Of a stretch of DNA of 64,000 bases, positions 38,500-48,539 are shown piece by piece (position 1 is the first letter of the stretch; every line of letters begins with the position of its first letter). Origin of the DNA: Parcubacteria group bacterium M10-OD1-1. GTDB lineage: Bacteria > Patescibacteriota > Minisyncoccia > Moranbacterales > UBA2206. Under the pieces are notes generated by a model. That model searched no databases. It was given only the letters and a program-made list of their open reading frames with translations, and was not told the DNA's origin. The position numbers were made by a program, and so were the translations under genes. The stretch spans positions 9,351 through 73,350 of the forward strand of contig LSNL01000001.1 in assembly GCA_003056145.1 (NCBI GenBank). The letters run 5' to 3'.

Positions 38500-39624
38500 A
38501 TGAGTTTAGAACCCCAAGGACAATTTAAAAAATTTCTAGAAAAATCTAAAGATGTTTTAATCCTTATTTCTGAGGGTCCTTCCAGTGATGCTGTTGGCTC
38601 AGCTTGGTCTCTTTATTATTTTTTAGAAAAATTAAATATCACTCCTACTATTGCTTTTTCTAATAATCTATCGCCTAAATTTGATTTTTTAACTAAACCT
38701 TCTCGTCTCTTAAAAGAACTTTCTGGAGCTCGTGATTTTGTTTTATCTTTTGACACTACCAGGAATAAAATTATTAAATTACGTCAAGAAGAAAAAGAAA
38801 ATCGTTTTAATATTTTCGTTACTCCTGAAAAAGGATCTGTTGACCCAAGAGATTTTTCTTTTATTTTAGCCAAATTCAAATATGATCTAGTGGTTGTTAT
38901 TGGCATACCAGATTTAGAAAAACTTGGTAATTTATATTTAAAAAATACCGATTTATTTTTTGAGGTTCCCATTGTCAATATTGATCACCAAAGTAATAAT
39001 GATAATTTTGGACAAATAAATTTAGTGGATGTAACTTCTTCTTCTTCTTCTGAAATTTTAGCCAATTTTTTTGAGAATTTTAATAAAAATTTAATTGATG
39101 AAAATATTGCCACCTGCCTTTTAACTGGTTTAATAGGCGGAACAGAAAGTTTTCAGAAAAAAAATACCACGCCTAAAGCTTTAGCTTTGGCCGCTTCTTT
39201 AATGGATAAGGGAGCTAACCAACAAGAAATTATTCGTTGGCTTTATAAAACTCAGCCTTTACATATTTTAAAACTTTGGGGACGAGCAATGGCAAAAATA
39301 AATTGGGAAGAAAATAGTCAACTAATTTGGTCAACTATTTCCGTAGAAGATTTTGTTCAAAGTCGGTCATCTCAAGAAGATTTACCTTTGATTATTGAAA
39401 AGCTCCAAGAAAATTATAGCGAAGGAAAAATATTTATTGTTGTTTATAATGATACTCCAGAAACGACTGTTATTCTCATTAAAACAACTAGTCCAAAAAT
39501 GATGGAAAAATTATATTCTCATTTAGATGGAGAAATTAAAAAAGAACTCCTAAAAATCAGGCTTAAGAATAATAATTTATTAGAAGTGGGCAAATCTATT
39601 GCACAAAAAATTAACTCTCTTTAA
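38500..39624 (+). CDS. DHH-family phosphoesterase-like protein with degenerate motifs
   Basis: SDAVGS, NIDHQ..NDNFGQINLVD...SSSSEI, IATCLLTG; NrnA/RecJ-like fold. Confidence 0.8.
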   Translation: MSLEPQGQFKKFLEKSKDVLILISEGPSSDAVGSAWSLYYFLEKLNITPTIAFSNNLSPKFDFLTKPSRLLKELSGARDFVLSFDTTRNKIIKLRQEEKENRFNIFVTPEKGSVDPRDFSFILAKFKYDLVVVIGIPDLEKLGNLYLKNTDLFFEVPIVNIDHQSNNDNFGQINLVDVTSSSSSEILANFFENFNKNLIDENIATCLLTGLIGGTESFQKKNTTPKALALAASLMDKGANQQEIIRWLYKTQPLHILKLWGRAMAKINWEENSQLIWSTISVEDFVQSRSSQEDLPLIIEKLQENYSEGKIFIVVYNDTPETTVILIKTTSPKMMEKLYSHLDGEIKKELLKIRLKNNNLLEVGKSIAQKINSL

Positions 39625-39646
39625 TTATTTTTTTCATTACTTTTTT

Positions 39647-39670
39647 AAAACAGGCTAGCCCTGTTTTTTT
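39647..39670 (+). terminator. Intrinsic terminator
   Basis: aaaacagg-ctagc-cctgttttttt after the DHH gene. Confidence 0.65.
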
Positions 39671-39731
39671 GTTGGCTCTTTTGTGATAAAATAAAATTAT
39701 TAAAAACATTCTTTCATTTTAAAAAATTCTA

Positions 39732-42700
39732 ATGATTAAAATAACTAAAGAAGTAAAAAAAGAAGTAAAAAAAGAATCTAAAACTCAAAAAATTATTTCT
39801 CGTTTTAGAAAAAAAGAAGAAGAAGAAATGACTTCCGCTTTAGCTAATGAATTAAACCTTCCCTATATAGATACTAATTTAGTACCTATTTCTACTGACG
39901 CTATTAAACTTTTAAGCGAAGAAGAGTCTGTAAAATTTGAGCTAGCTATTATTCATCGCTCAGGGAAAAATGTTACTTTAGTTGCTACCCATCCTCAACA
40001 AACCGATACTCAAGAATTTATTAAAAAACTTCAAGAGAAAGAAAGTTGGAAAATAAAAATTTTTATTATTTCCCGCTCTAATCTTCAACGAATTTGGGAA
40101 AGATATAAAAAGATTGTTTTTGTTGACGCCCTTGATCAAATGAGTCTTAATCTTAGCGGGAAAGATTTAGAAAAGTTTGAAGCTGAAATGAAAGATTTAA
40201 TTACATTGAAACATCGTATTGTTGAACTGCCAGTTACTCAAATTCTAAATATTATGCTAGCGGGAGCTTATAAGTTAGGTGCTAGCGATGTACATATTGA
40301 ACCTCAAGAAAAAGAACTCCGCCTTCGTTATAGAATTGATGGTGTACTTCAAGATGTTGCTTTTTTACCTCTTAATGTTTTTAAGAGTGTTATCTCTCGT
40401 CTTAAGTTAATGGCACATATGAAATTAAACTTGCGAGACATTGCTCAAGATGGAACCTTTGAAATTAATTTAGCTGAAAAAAAAATTTCTATCCGAGCAT
40501 CTATTATTCCTGGTAATTTTGGCGAATCAATAGTAATGAGATTGTTAGATCCAGATTCTATTAAAGTTCAGCTTGAAAGTCTAGGCATTCAAGGTTTAGC
40601 TTACGAAACTCTCCAAAAACAAATAGAAGCCCCAAATGGAATGATTTTAAATACTGGTCCAACAGGTTCAGGAAAAACTACCACGCTTTATTCTATTATT
40701 AATAAACTAAACACTCCCGATAAAAAAATAATTACTATTGAAGATCCTATTGAATATGAATTGAAAGGCATCTCTCAAACTCAAATAGATAAAGACCACG
40801 GCTATTCTTTTGCTCAAGGTCTTCGTGCTATGGTTAGACAAGATCCAGATGTAATTTTAGTAGGAGAAATCCGAGATGATGAAACAGCTGATATTGCTGT
40901 TAATTCAGCTCTTACTGGGCATTTAGTCCTTTCTTCTTTGCATACTAATAATGCTATTGGAGCCATTCCCCGACTTTTAGAGTTGGGAATAAAACCTACT
41001 TTAATGGCTCCTTCTATCAATGCTATTGTCGGTCAACGATTAGTAAGAAAACTTTGTGATTGTAAAGAAGCTTACGCACCAGCCAAAGAATCTATTGAAT
41101 CAATTAAAAAAATTCTTTCTATTATTTCACCCAAGTCTAAAATAGAAATTCCTAAAAAGATTGAAAAACTTTATCGCCCGACTGGTTGTCCTAAATGCAA
41201 TAACATTGGCTATAAAGGACGCGTAGGAATATTTGAAATTCTAACTATTAATGAAGAAATTGAAAAATTAATTTTAGATATGGCTGGCGAAACTGATTTA
41301 GCTGTCACTGCTTTAGAAGCTGGTATGGTAACCATGCTTCAGGATGGAATTTTAAAAGCTGTTAATGGTATCACCTCTATTGATGAAGTTGAGCGAGTAA
41401 CTGGACAAGGAGAATTTCTAGAAGCTATTTATGAAAAATTAATGGCTCAAACTTTAGGCAAAGGTATTTTAATAGAAAAAACTCATTATGAAAATGCTCA
41501 GGCAGTCGCTCATAATTTTAAAAAACTAGGAGAACTTTTACTTTCCTTAAAGACAACTGAAATTAATAAAACTATTTTTGCCGCCGCCGCCATTCTTGGC
41601 GTTGGTGACATTCACATAGAACCTGAAGAAAATGATGTTAAAATTAGATTTAGAATTGATGGAATTTTACAAAATATCGTTTCTTTGCCTCTCAATGAAT
41701 ATCCAGCTTTATTAGGTGAAATAAAAATACTTTCTGGTGTTAAAACTGAAGTTAGACAAGGAGTGGTAGATAGTCGCTTTACTATTAAATTTGATGATGA
41801 TATTGACTCAGGAAAAAAGAAAAAAATTGACGTCAGAATTTCTATTATTTTAGGTGGTTATGGAGAAACAGTAGTAATGCGTTTACTTAATCAATCCTCA
41901 GTCAGTTTAGATTTAACAAAACTAGGTATTCGCCAACAAAATTTAGAAAAACTTCTTCACCAAGCTAAAAAACCTAATGGGATTGTTTTAAATACTGGCC
42001 CAACTGGCTCAGGAAAAACTACCACGCTTTATAGTGTACTCAACATTCTCAATAAGCCAGAAGTCAAAATTATTACCGTTGAAGATCCAATTGAATATCA
42101 AATCCCAGGCATTCTTCAAACGCCCACTAACGAAAAAGAAGGTTACACATTTTCTACTGCTCTACGAGCACTCTTACGACAAAATCCTGACATTCTCATG
42201 ATCGGTGAAATGCGAGACAATGAAACAGCTCAAGTAGCTGTACAAGCTGCTTTAACTGGACATTTAGTTCTCTCCACTATCCATACCAATAGTTCAGCTG
42301 GAGCGGTAGCAAGGATTATGAATATGGGAGTCTCTCCCTCTGACATAGCTACTTCATCTAACGCTTTTTTTGCCCAAAGATTAGTGCGTCATCTTTGCGA
42401 TTGCAAAGAAAAAGTCATTCCTACTCAAGAAGAAAAAAATAAGATTGAAGGTGTCCTTAAATCTATTAGTCAAGAATCAGGAGTTGAAATCCCTTCAGTT
42501 AATGATATTTACCATCCTAAAGGTTGTGCAAAATGTAACCAAATTGGCTATCGTGGACGCACAACTATTAGTGAAATATTTGTTATTGATCGTGAGATAG
42601 AAGAATTAATAACCCGTGGAGCTATTACTTCTGAACTTCAAGATAAAGCCGTAGAATTAGGAATGATTACTTTAGTCCAAGATGGAGTTCTAAAAGTTTT

Positions 42701-42749
42701 AGAAGGGGAAACTAGCCTTGAAGAAGTAGAGCGCGTAACAGATTTATAA
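39732..42749 (+). CDS. GspE/PilB-family assembly ATPase with two tandem ATPase modules
   Basis: Two copies each of DxHIEP, R.RIDG, GPTGSGKTT, TxEDPIEY, RQ.PD..xGExRD, GHLVLS..HTN and CDC..CxxC. Confidence 0.92.
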   Translation: MIKITKEVKKEVKKESKTQKIISRFRKKEEEEMTSALANELNLPYIDTNLVPISTDAIKLLSEEESVKFELAIIHRSGKNVTLVATHPQQTDTQEFIKKLQEKESWKIKIFIISRSNLQRIWERYKKIVFVDALDQMSLNLSGKDLEKFEAEMKDLITLKHRIVELPVTQILNIMLAGAYKLGASDVHIEPQEKELRLRYRIDGVLQDVAFLPLNVFKSVISRLKLMAHMKLNLRDIAQDGTFEINLAEKKISIRASIIPGNFGESIVMRLLDPDSIKVQLESLGIQGLAYETLQKQIEAPNGMILNTGPTGSGKTTTLYSIINKLNTPDKKIITIEDPIEYELKGISQTQIDKDHGYSFAQGLRAMVRQDPDVILVGEIRDDETADIAVNSALTGHLVLSSLHTNNAIGAIPRLLELGIKPTLMAPSINAIVGQRLVRKLCDCKEAYAPAKESIESIKKILSIISPKSKIEIPKKIEKLYRPTGCPKCNNIGYKGRVGIFEILTINEEIEKLILDMAGETDLAVTALEAGMVTMLQDGILKAVNGITSIDEVERVTGQGEFLEAIYEKLMAQTLGKGILIEKTHYENAQAVAHNFKKLGELLLSLKTTEINKTIFAAAAILGVGDIHIEPEENDVKIRFRIDGILQNIVSLPLNEYPALLGEIKILSGVKTEVRQGVVDSRFTIKFDDDIDSGKKKKIDVRISIILGGYGETVVMRLLNQSSVSLDLTKLGIRQQNLEKLLHQAKKPNGIVLNTGPTGSGKTTTLYSVLNILNKPEVKIITVEDPIEYQIPGILQTPTNEKEGYTFSTALRALLRQNPDILMIGEMRDNETAQVAVQAALTGHLVLSTIHTNSSAGAVARIMNMGVSPSDIATSSNAFFAQRLVRHLCDCKEKVIPTQEEKNKIEGVLKSISQESGVEIPSVNDIYHPKGCAKCNQIGYRGRTTISEIFVIDREIEELITRGAITSELQDKAVELGMITLVQDGVLKVLEGETSLEEVERVTDL

Positions 42750-42762
42750 ATCACTGAATAAT

Positions 42763-42800
42763 AAATAAAAAACAACGTCCAATGACGTTGTTTTTTATTT
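42763..42800. terminator. Bidirectional intrinsic terminator
   Basis: aaataaaaaacaacgtc-caat-gacgttgttttttattt (17-bp perfect stem). Confidence 0.85.
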
Positions 42801-43046
42801 TTCTCCTGAAAAAAAATAGTTTTCTTGGCTAAATATTGTCAGTAACTATTTCATTAAAACACTAACCTGTAGGCAAATCCCAAAACTAAGAGCCTTGGGG
42901 AAGGAACAATATCGAGGCACATCCCAGCCAAAACCAGAATGCCCATATCTTGAAAAAAGTTCCCGATATTGATAACAAAAGATAGAAGTTACCAATTACC
43001 TACAGTTTACTGCTAATCATCTAAAAACAATTGTTTTGTAAGATGA
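42765..43046 (-). ncRNA. Putative structured non-coding RNA (6S-like or novel)
   Basis: Minus-strand promoter TTGACA-17-TAACCT with extended TG (43053-43081); nested helices with strand-specific G-U pairs; ends at the 42763-42800 terminator; no convincing ORF. Confidence 0.55.
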
Positions 43047-43155
43047 CTTTGAAGGTTAGCATAGCTTGTAAATTTTGTCAAGTAATGCTAAACTAAATTT
43101 AGAAAATTACCTTTACTTCTAGTCTTTTTAACTTCCTTTAAATTATCTATTTCTT

Positions 43156-44157
43156 ATGACTATTGCCCATGCCGAAGAACAAATTGAAGACATTGGTTTA
43201 GATTTAACTTTACGACCTCAAACTTTTACTGATTACGTTGGTCAAGAAAAAGTAAAAAAAAATTTAAATATTCTTATTCAAGCTGCTCAAAAAAGAAAAG
43301 AATCCATTGAGCATGTTCTTCTTTATGGCCCAGCTGGATTGGGAAAAACTACTCTCGCTAATATCATCGCCAAAGAAATGGGTGTTAATATTAAAACCAC
43401 TTCTGGACCAGCTATTGAAAGAGTTGGCGATTTTGGTTCAATACTAACTAATCTCTCTGATGGAGATATTCTTTTTATCGATGAAATTCATCGTCTCAAT
43501 AAATCTATTGAAGAAATTCTCTATCCCGCAATGGAAGATTACAAACTTGATATCATAATTGGAAAAGGTCCTTCTGCTAGAACTATTCAGTTAGATTTAC
43601 CTCATTTTACTTTAATTGGAGCTACTACTAAACTAGGAGCTCTCTCCAATCCTCTCCGTAATCGTTTTGGAGCTATTCATCGATTAGAATTTTATTCTAA
43701 TGATGAGATTAAACGCATCATTGAAAGATCAAGTAGAATATTAGGCGTTAATATTAATAGTAATGGACTTCAAAAAATTGCTAGCTGTGCCCGTTATACA
43801 CCAAGAGTGGCCAACCGACTAATCAAACGAGTACGTGATTATTCTCAAATAAAAGAATTCTCGATTATCACTGGTGAAGTAGCTAAAAAAGCTCTTGAAA
43901 TGATTGATGTTGACCCTATTGGTTTAGAGCCAGCCGACAAACATATTTTAAAAACTATTATTGAAAAGTTTAGAGGTGGTCCAGTTGGATTAGGAACTTT
44001 AGCGGCCGCCACTTCAGAAGAAATTTCTACCATAGAAGAAGTTTATGAGCCTTATTTAATGCAACTTGGATTTATCGCCAGAACTCCCCGCGGAAGAGTA
44101 GCCACAGAAGATGCTTATAATCACTTAGGTATTAAATACGAAACAAAAGAAAAATAA
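43156..44157 (+). CDS. ruvB: Holliday junction branch migration helicase RuvB
   Basis: [57 protein letters not shown]. Confidence 0.97.
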   Translation: MTIAHAEEQIEDIGLDLTLRPQTFTDYVGQEKVKKNLNILIQAAQKRKESIEHVLLYGPAGLGKTTLANIIAKEMGVNIKTTSGPAIERVGDFGSILTNLSDGDILFIDEIHRLNKSIEEILYPAMEDYKLDIIIGKGPSARTIQLDLPHFTLIGATTKLGALSNPLRNRFGAIHRLEFYSNDEIKRIIERSSRILGVNINSNGLQKIASCARYTPRVANRLIKRVRDYSQIKEFSIITGEVAKKALEMIDVDPIGLEPADKHILKTIIEKFRGGPVGLGTLAAATSEEISTIEEVYEPYLMQLGFIARTPRGRVATEDAYNHLGIKYETKEK

Positions 44158-44198
44158 TTTTTTATTTTTAAAAGCTTTAACTCAATAATCTCAAATTA

Positions 44199-44423
44199 AT
44201 GTTTTATCTTATTCTTGCTTTATACGGAATTATTATCCTTACTTTTATTTTAATGTTCTCTTTTATTATTTACCATTTTGTAAGATATTCTACTAACGTC
44301 AGTTTAAATAAAATTTTATTACCAATTTTTATTCTAGTTTCTATTTTATTACTTTTTTCTAATATTTTCCTTTTTTTCTCTGTTAATTGGACAGCTTTAT
44401 TATCAAAATTATTTTTTAACTAA
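44199..44423 (+). CDS. Small membrane protein
   Basis: Two TM helices with IIYHFVRY; co-oriented within the gene run. Confidence 0.7.
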   Translation: MFYLILALYGIIILTFILMFSFIIYHFVRYSTNVSLNKILLPIFILVSILLLFSNIFLFFSVNWTALLSKLFFN

Positions 44424-44431
44424 AACTTGCT

Positions 44432-45019
44432 ATGAAAAATTTTAACACTTATCATTTTGATGGACAAAAGAATAATGAGAAAATTCTTTTAGTTCTTCAT
44501 CGCCACTGGTTTGATATAATCAAGCAATTTTTTCCTATTTTTTTAATGACACTACTTCTTTTTGTCAGTTATTATTTCCAATCTCTTTTTTATTCTTTTT
44601 TTAATGATTCTCTTATTAAAGAATTTATGTTTTTTATCCGTAATCTCTTTTTTATGTTTATTTGGATGACTTTTTTTATAATTTGGATTGATTATTATTT
44701 TGATATTTGGATAATCACTGATCAACATATAGTTAATATAGAACAAAAAGGCTTATTTGCTAGAACGGTTAGTGAGTTAGAAATTGAAAAAATTCAAGAT
44801 GTTACCACTGAAGTCAAAGGATTAATTCCAACTTTTTTAAATTATGGTAATCTTCTTGTTCAGACCGCCGCCGAAAAAGACCGTTTTACTTTCCATAATA
44901 TTCCAGATCCCTATTCTGTTCGTGATTTAACAATGAAACTCCAAGCTAAACAAGAAGCTTTAGAAGAAAATGAATTTGGAGATATGCTAAGGAAAAAAAT
45001 TCATCATGACATAGAATAG
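44432..45019 (+). CDS. Membrane protein with a bacterial PH domain
   Basis: HRHW, two TM helices, DIWIITDQHIV.IEQKGLF, IQDVT, NYGNL.VQTA. Confidence 0.8.
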   Translation: MKNFNTYHFDGQKNNEKILLVLHRHWFDIIKQFFPIFLMTLLLFVSYYFQSLFYSFFNDSLIKEFMFFIRNLFFMFIWMTFFIIWIDYYFDIWIITDQHIVNIEQKGLFARTVSELEIEKIQDVTTEVKGLIPTFLNYGNLLVQTAAEKDRFTFHNIPDPYSVRDLTMKLQAKQEALEENEFGDMLRKKIHHDIE

Positions 45020-45057
45020 ATTTAAAAGGTAGTTCCTTTATTATTTTTTAAGTTCGG

Positions 45058-47103
45058 GTGAAAATTGAAAAAAAACACAAAAGCACTTTTATTTTTCTAA
45101 GCTTATTTATTATAATAGGATTTTTTAGATTTAATAAATGCCAAGCAAACCAAAATATATTCCTAAATGAGATTTTAATAAATGGGACAAACAAAGAAGA
45201 ATTTATAGAGCTTTATAACCCTACTTCACAAGAAATTAAATTAAAAAATTATTATTTAGTCTATTATTCCTCAAAAAGAAATTGGAATAAACCCTATAAA
45301 AAAAATATCTTTCCAAAAAAATCGGCTATTAAACCTAGTAATTTTTTTCTAATTGCCATGAAAGGAGGTCTCCCTAAGTCAGTACATTCCGATTGGAGTC
45401 TTAATTATCATTTAAGTAACTCTAATGGCTCTGTAGCTCTTTTTCCTAATAATACTTTTGAAAAAAATAATTGTCTTAATTTGTTAGCTTGGGGAAAAGT
45501 CTTTGCTGTTGGTAAAGGACAAGAGCTAAAATCTAGCAAAACTGGTCAAAGTTTTGAAAGAACAACTGTTACTAAAAATAAATGGCAAAAATCGTATATT
45601 TTAAATGGCACCCCTGGCTATAAAAATTCTACTCAACCAATTTTAAAAAATTATACTCATAAAATAAAAATTAACGAAATTTATCCATCACCTAATACCC
45701 GTATCGGCGAAACAGAATTTATTGAAATAAAAAATATTTCTAAGGAAAATATAAACCTGAAAAATTGGTCCGCCTCGGATTCAATTCACAAAGGAAAGCT
45801 TTTAAAAAAAAGTTACATTTTACAACCTAATGCATTTTATGTTTTCCAGGGAAAATTCTATCTTAATTCTTCTAATGACAGCGCTAATGTTTTTGATGAA
45901 AATAAAAAATTAGTTGCCTCTCTTTCTTACAAGAAAGGAAAATCCAGATATTCATACGCTTTTGACGGATCTACTTGGCGCTGGACTAGTCAATTAACTC
46001 CCGGAGAAAAAAATAAATTTGATAAAATTCTTTCTGGAAAAATTATTAAAGATAAGCCTATTTATAAAAATATCTATGCCAATTTTAAAGTAAAATCCAA
46101 TAAAGATGTTCAAAAATTTACTTGGAACTTTGGTGATGGTCATAAAAGTTATCTCAAAAATACTCACCACAAATATAAAAAAACTGGAAAATATAAAGTC
46201 AGCTTAAAAATTACTGGCAAAGGCGAAAGTTCTTTTTATAATTTTATTATTAAAGTAAGGAAGTATAAAGCTCTTAAAGTAAGAATAAAAATACTTTTTC
46301 CTAATCCCAAAGGAAATGACTTTAAAAATGAATGGCTTAGTATAAAAAACGAATCAAAAAAAAATATAAACCTGAAAAATTGGAGTATTGCTACTGGATG
46401 GAAAAAATTATCTAATCATCCAATTAGAAAAGATTTTAAAATTAAATCAGGTAAAATAAAAATTCTCACTCATAATGTCTGTGCTTTCACACTTAACAAC
46501 ACCAAAGCTAAAATTGAACTTAGAGACCCCAGTGGAAAGATTATTCAAAAAATAAGATATAGACAAAATAAAGCTGTCCCTGAAAATTCTTTTTATCAAA
46601 AAATAAATTATCACTGGAAATGGTTTTTCCCTCAAAAAAAATCTTCCTCACAAACACTAAAAAAAGTAGCTGGAGCCAGTACAACTAAATTCCTTTCCTT
46701 TATTTCACACTCTTCTTTGATTAAGAAACCTCTTTTTTCTAAAAAAATATTCCTTCTTTCTTCTACTCCTTTCTCTTCATCTTCTCACGCTAAAATTAAA
46801 GACTTACCAAAAAAAACATCTCCGTTTATTTCTTTAATTTCCCCTAAAAAGAAGATAAATTCCCAATTAATATTACCGAACATAGTTTCTCCTCTTAAAA
46901 TTACCACTCGTTTTTTTCAAAAATCAAAACAACCAATTCACCTTTTTCTTATTTCTAATAACTCTTTTTCGTCAACTCATCCTAAAATTATTTTTTATTC
47001 CTTCACTAAAAAAATTTCTTCTGAATACTGGCTGATAAAATTTACTCGTCATTTCAACCGTTTTCTTAATTCAAGGCTCAATCAATTATTTTGGCAACTA
47101 TAA
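45058..47103 (+). CDS. Exported protein with lamin-tail domains and a PKD domain
   Basis: Signal peptide; repeated INEI...EFIE(L/I).N.S...I.LKNW and TPG motifs (3 LTD-like repeats); WNFGDG..H.Y..TGKY.VSL (PKD). Confidence 0.82.
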   Translation: MKIEKKHKSTFIFLSLFIIIGFFRFNKCQANQNIFLNEILINGTNKEEFIELYNPTSQEIKLKNYYLVYYSSKRNWNKPYKKNIFPKKSAIKPSNFFLIAMKGGLPKSVHSDWSLNYHLSNSNGSVALFPNNTFEKNNCLNLLAWGKVFAVGKGQELKSSKTGQSFERTTVTKNKWQKSYILNGTPGYKNSTQPILKNYTHKIKINEIYPSPNTRIGETEFIEIKNISKENINLKNWSASDSIHKGKLLKKSYILQPNAFYVFQGKFYLNSSNDSANVFDENKKLVASLSYKKGKSRYSYAFDGSTWRWTSQLTPGEKNKFDKILSGKIIKDKPIYKNIYANFKVKSNKDVQKFTWNFGDGHKSYLKNTHHKYKKTGKYKVSLKITGKGESSFYNFIIKVRKYKALKVRIKILFPNPKGNDFKNEWLSIKNESKKNINLKNWSIATGWKKLSNHPIRKDFKIKSGKIKILTHNVCAFTLNNTKAKIELRDPSGKIIQKIRYRQNKAVPENSFYQKINYHWKWFFPQKKSSSQTLKKVAGASTTKFLSFISHSSLIKKPLFSKKIFLLSSTPFSSSSHAKIKDLPKKTSPFISLISPKKKINSQLILPNIVSPLKITTRFFQKSKQPIHLFLISNNSFSSTHPKIIFYSFTKKISSEYWLIKFTRHFNRFLNSRLNQLFWQL

Positions 47104-47287
47104 ATTAAATCAATCTTATTTTCTATTAAAAACAGACTTTTTTTAATTTAAAAATTTACTCTCTACATAAGCAACCTCTTTAATCATTAAGAAAAAAAAT
47201 TTAGTTTGAAAAAAGCTTTTAAAGATGTTAGAATAAGCTAGTTATCAGCTAGTATTTTTTAATTTTAGTTAACTTTTTATTTTCATT

Positions 47288-48001
47288 ATGTCGGGACACT
47301 CACATTGGTCAGGAATAAAACATAAAAAAGGGTTACAAGACGCTAAGCGAGCTAAAATTTTTACTCGGGCAGGAAAGATGATTACTATCGCTGCTCGAGA
47401 AGGAGGAGGAAAACCAGATTCTAATTTAAAATTAAAACTAGCTATTGAGCAAGCCAAATCAGTTAATATGCCGAAAGAAAATATTGAGCGAGCAATAAAA
47501 CGAGGTACAGGAGAATTAAAAAGCAACTTCATTGAAGAGATTACTTATGAAGGAGTAGCTCCTGGCGGGATAATGATGATTATTAAAACAGCTACTGACA
47601 ATAGAAACAGAACTGTTAGTGAAATTAAAACTATCTTTACTAAATTAGGTGGTAAATTAGGTGAAGTGGGTAGCGTGATGTGGAATTTCGAACAAATAGG
47701 TAAAATCTTCCTAGCTATTCAAGAAAAAGATGTTGATAAATTAGAGTTATTAGCCATTGAAGCTGGAGCAGAAGATATCCAAAAAAATGAAAATACTCTT
47801 ATAATTTCTACTCGATCTAAAGACCTGCAATTAGTATTAGAAAAATTACTTAATCAGAACTTAGTTATTTTAGAATCTAGATTAGCTTATATACCTAAAA
47901 CAACCCTCATTGTCAATGAAAAAAATTATACCATTTACCAAAATATCTTAGATCAACTCAAAGAGCAAGAAGATGTGGATGAGATATATGATAATCTTTA
48001 A
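47288..48001 (+). CDS. YebC/PmpR family protein
   Basis: MSGHSHWSGIKHKK, NMPKENIERAIKRG, YEG, TDNRNRT. Confidence 0.95.
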   Translation: MSGHSHWSGIKHKKGLQDAKRAKIFTRAGKMITIAAREGGGKPDSNLKLKLAIEQAKSVNMPKENIERAIKRGTGELKSNFIEEITYEGVAPGGIMMIIKTATDNRNRTVSEIKTIFTKLGGKLGEVGSVMWNFEQIGKIFLAIQEKDVDKLELLAIEAGAEDIQKNENTLIISTRSKDLQLVLEKLLNQNLVILESRLAYIPKTTLIVNEKNYTIYQNILDQLKEQEDVDEIYDNL

Positions 48002-48046
48002 TTTTTGGTTAATTATTCAATAATTGAAAATAAATTTAATATTTTT

Positions 48047-48535
48047 ATGAAAATACTCGGTATTGACCCTGGAACTGCTATTACCGGCTGGGCAATTATC
48101 TCCGAACGAAAAGGAGAAATTATTCCCCTAGCTTTTGGACATATCGCTACTAGTAAAGAAAATACTGAAGAAGAAAGACTTTTAGAAATAGCTAACGATT
48201 TAAAAATTATTGTCCAAAAATATCAACCTGAAGAAGCCTCTATTGAAAAGATTTTCTTTTTTAAGAATCAAAAAACAGTTATTCAGGTTGCCCAAGCTAG
48301 AGGAGCTATTTTATTGACACTTCAACTAAATAATGTTAGAGTATTTAGCTACACACCCCTTCAGGTAAAGCAAGCAATAACTGGCTACGGGCGAGCCGAC
48401 AAAAAACAAATTCAATTAATGACTAAAAGCCTTCTTCATTTAGAAAAACTCCCAAAACCTGATGATGTTGCTGATGCTCTTTCTATTGCTATTTGTCATT
48501 TAAACAGTCGCAAAATTAATAATTTATTACTTTAA
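48047..48535 (+). CDS. ruvC: Crossover junction endodeoxyribonuclease RuvC
   Basis: ILGIDPG, IEKIFF, QARG, YTPLQVKQAITGYGRADK, PDDVADAL. Confidence 0.97.
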   Translation: MKILGIDPGTAITGWAIISERKGEIIPLAFGHIATSKENTEEERLLEIANDLKIIVQKYQPEEASIEKIFFFKNQKTVIQVAQARGAILLTLQLNNVRVFSYTPLQVKQAITGYGRADKKQIQLMTKSLLHLEKLPKPDDVADALSIAICHLNSRKINNLLL

Positions 48536-48539
48536 ATTT

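Noticed and set aside
42801-43046. RNase P RNA, tmRNA or SRP RNA identity for the structured intergenic region
   Set aside because: No GAGGAAAGUCC P4 motif, no tRNA-like ends or tag ORF, and no SRP domain IV consensus
47269-47532. Antisense or alternate-frame ORFs inside conserved genes (also 5295, 13940, 15339, 16270, 16881, 16976, 17652, 19099-20529, 21411-22576, 25617, 30414, 33942, 38784, 40814, 43845, 44552, 46447, 48989, 50045, 50605, 50636, 52013, 52614, 57113, 58106)
   Set aside because: They overlap well-supported CDSs and have no recognisable motifs
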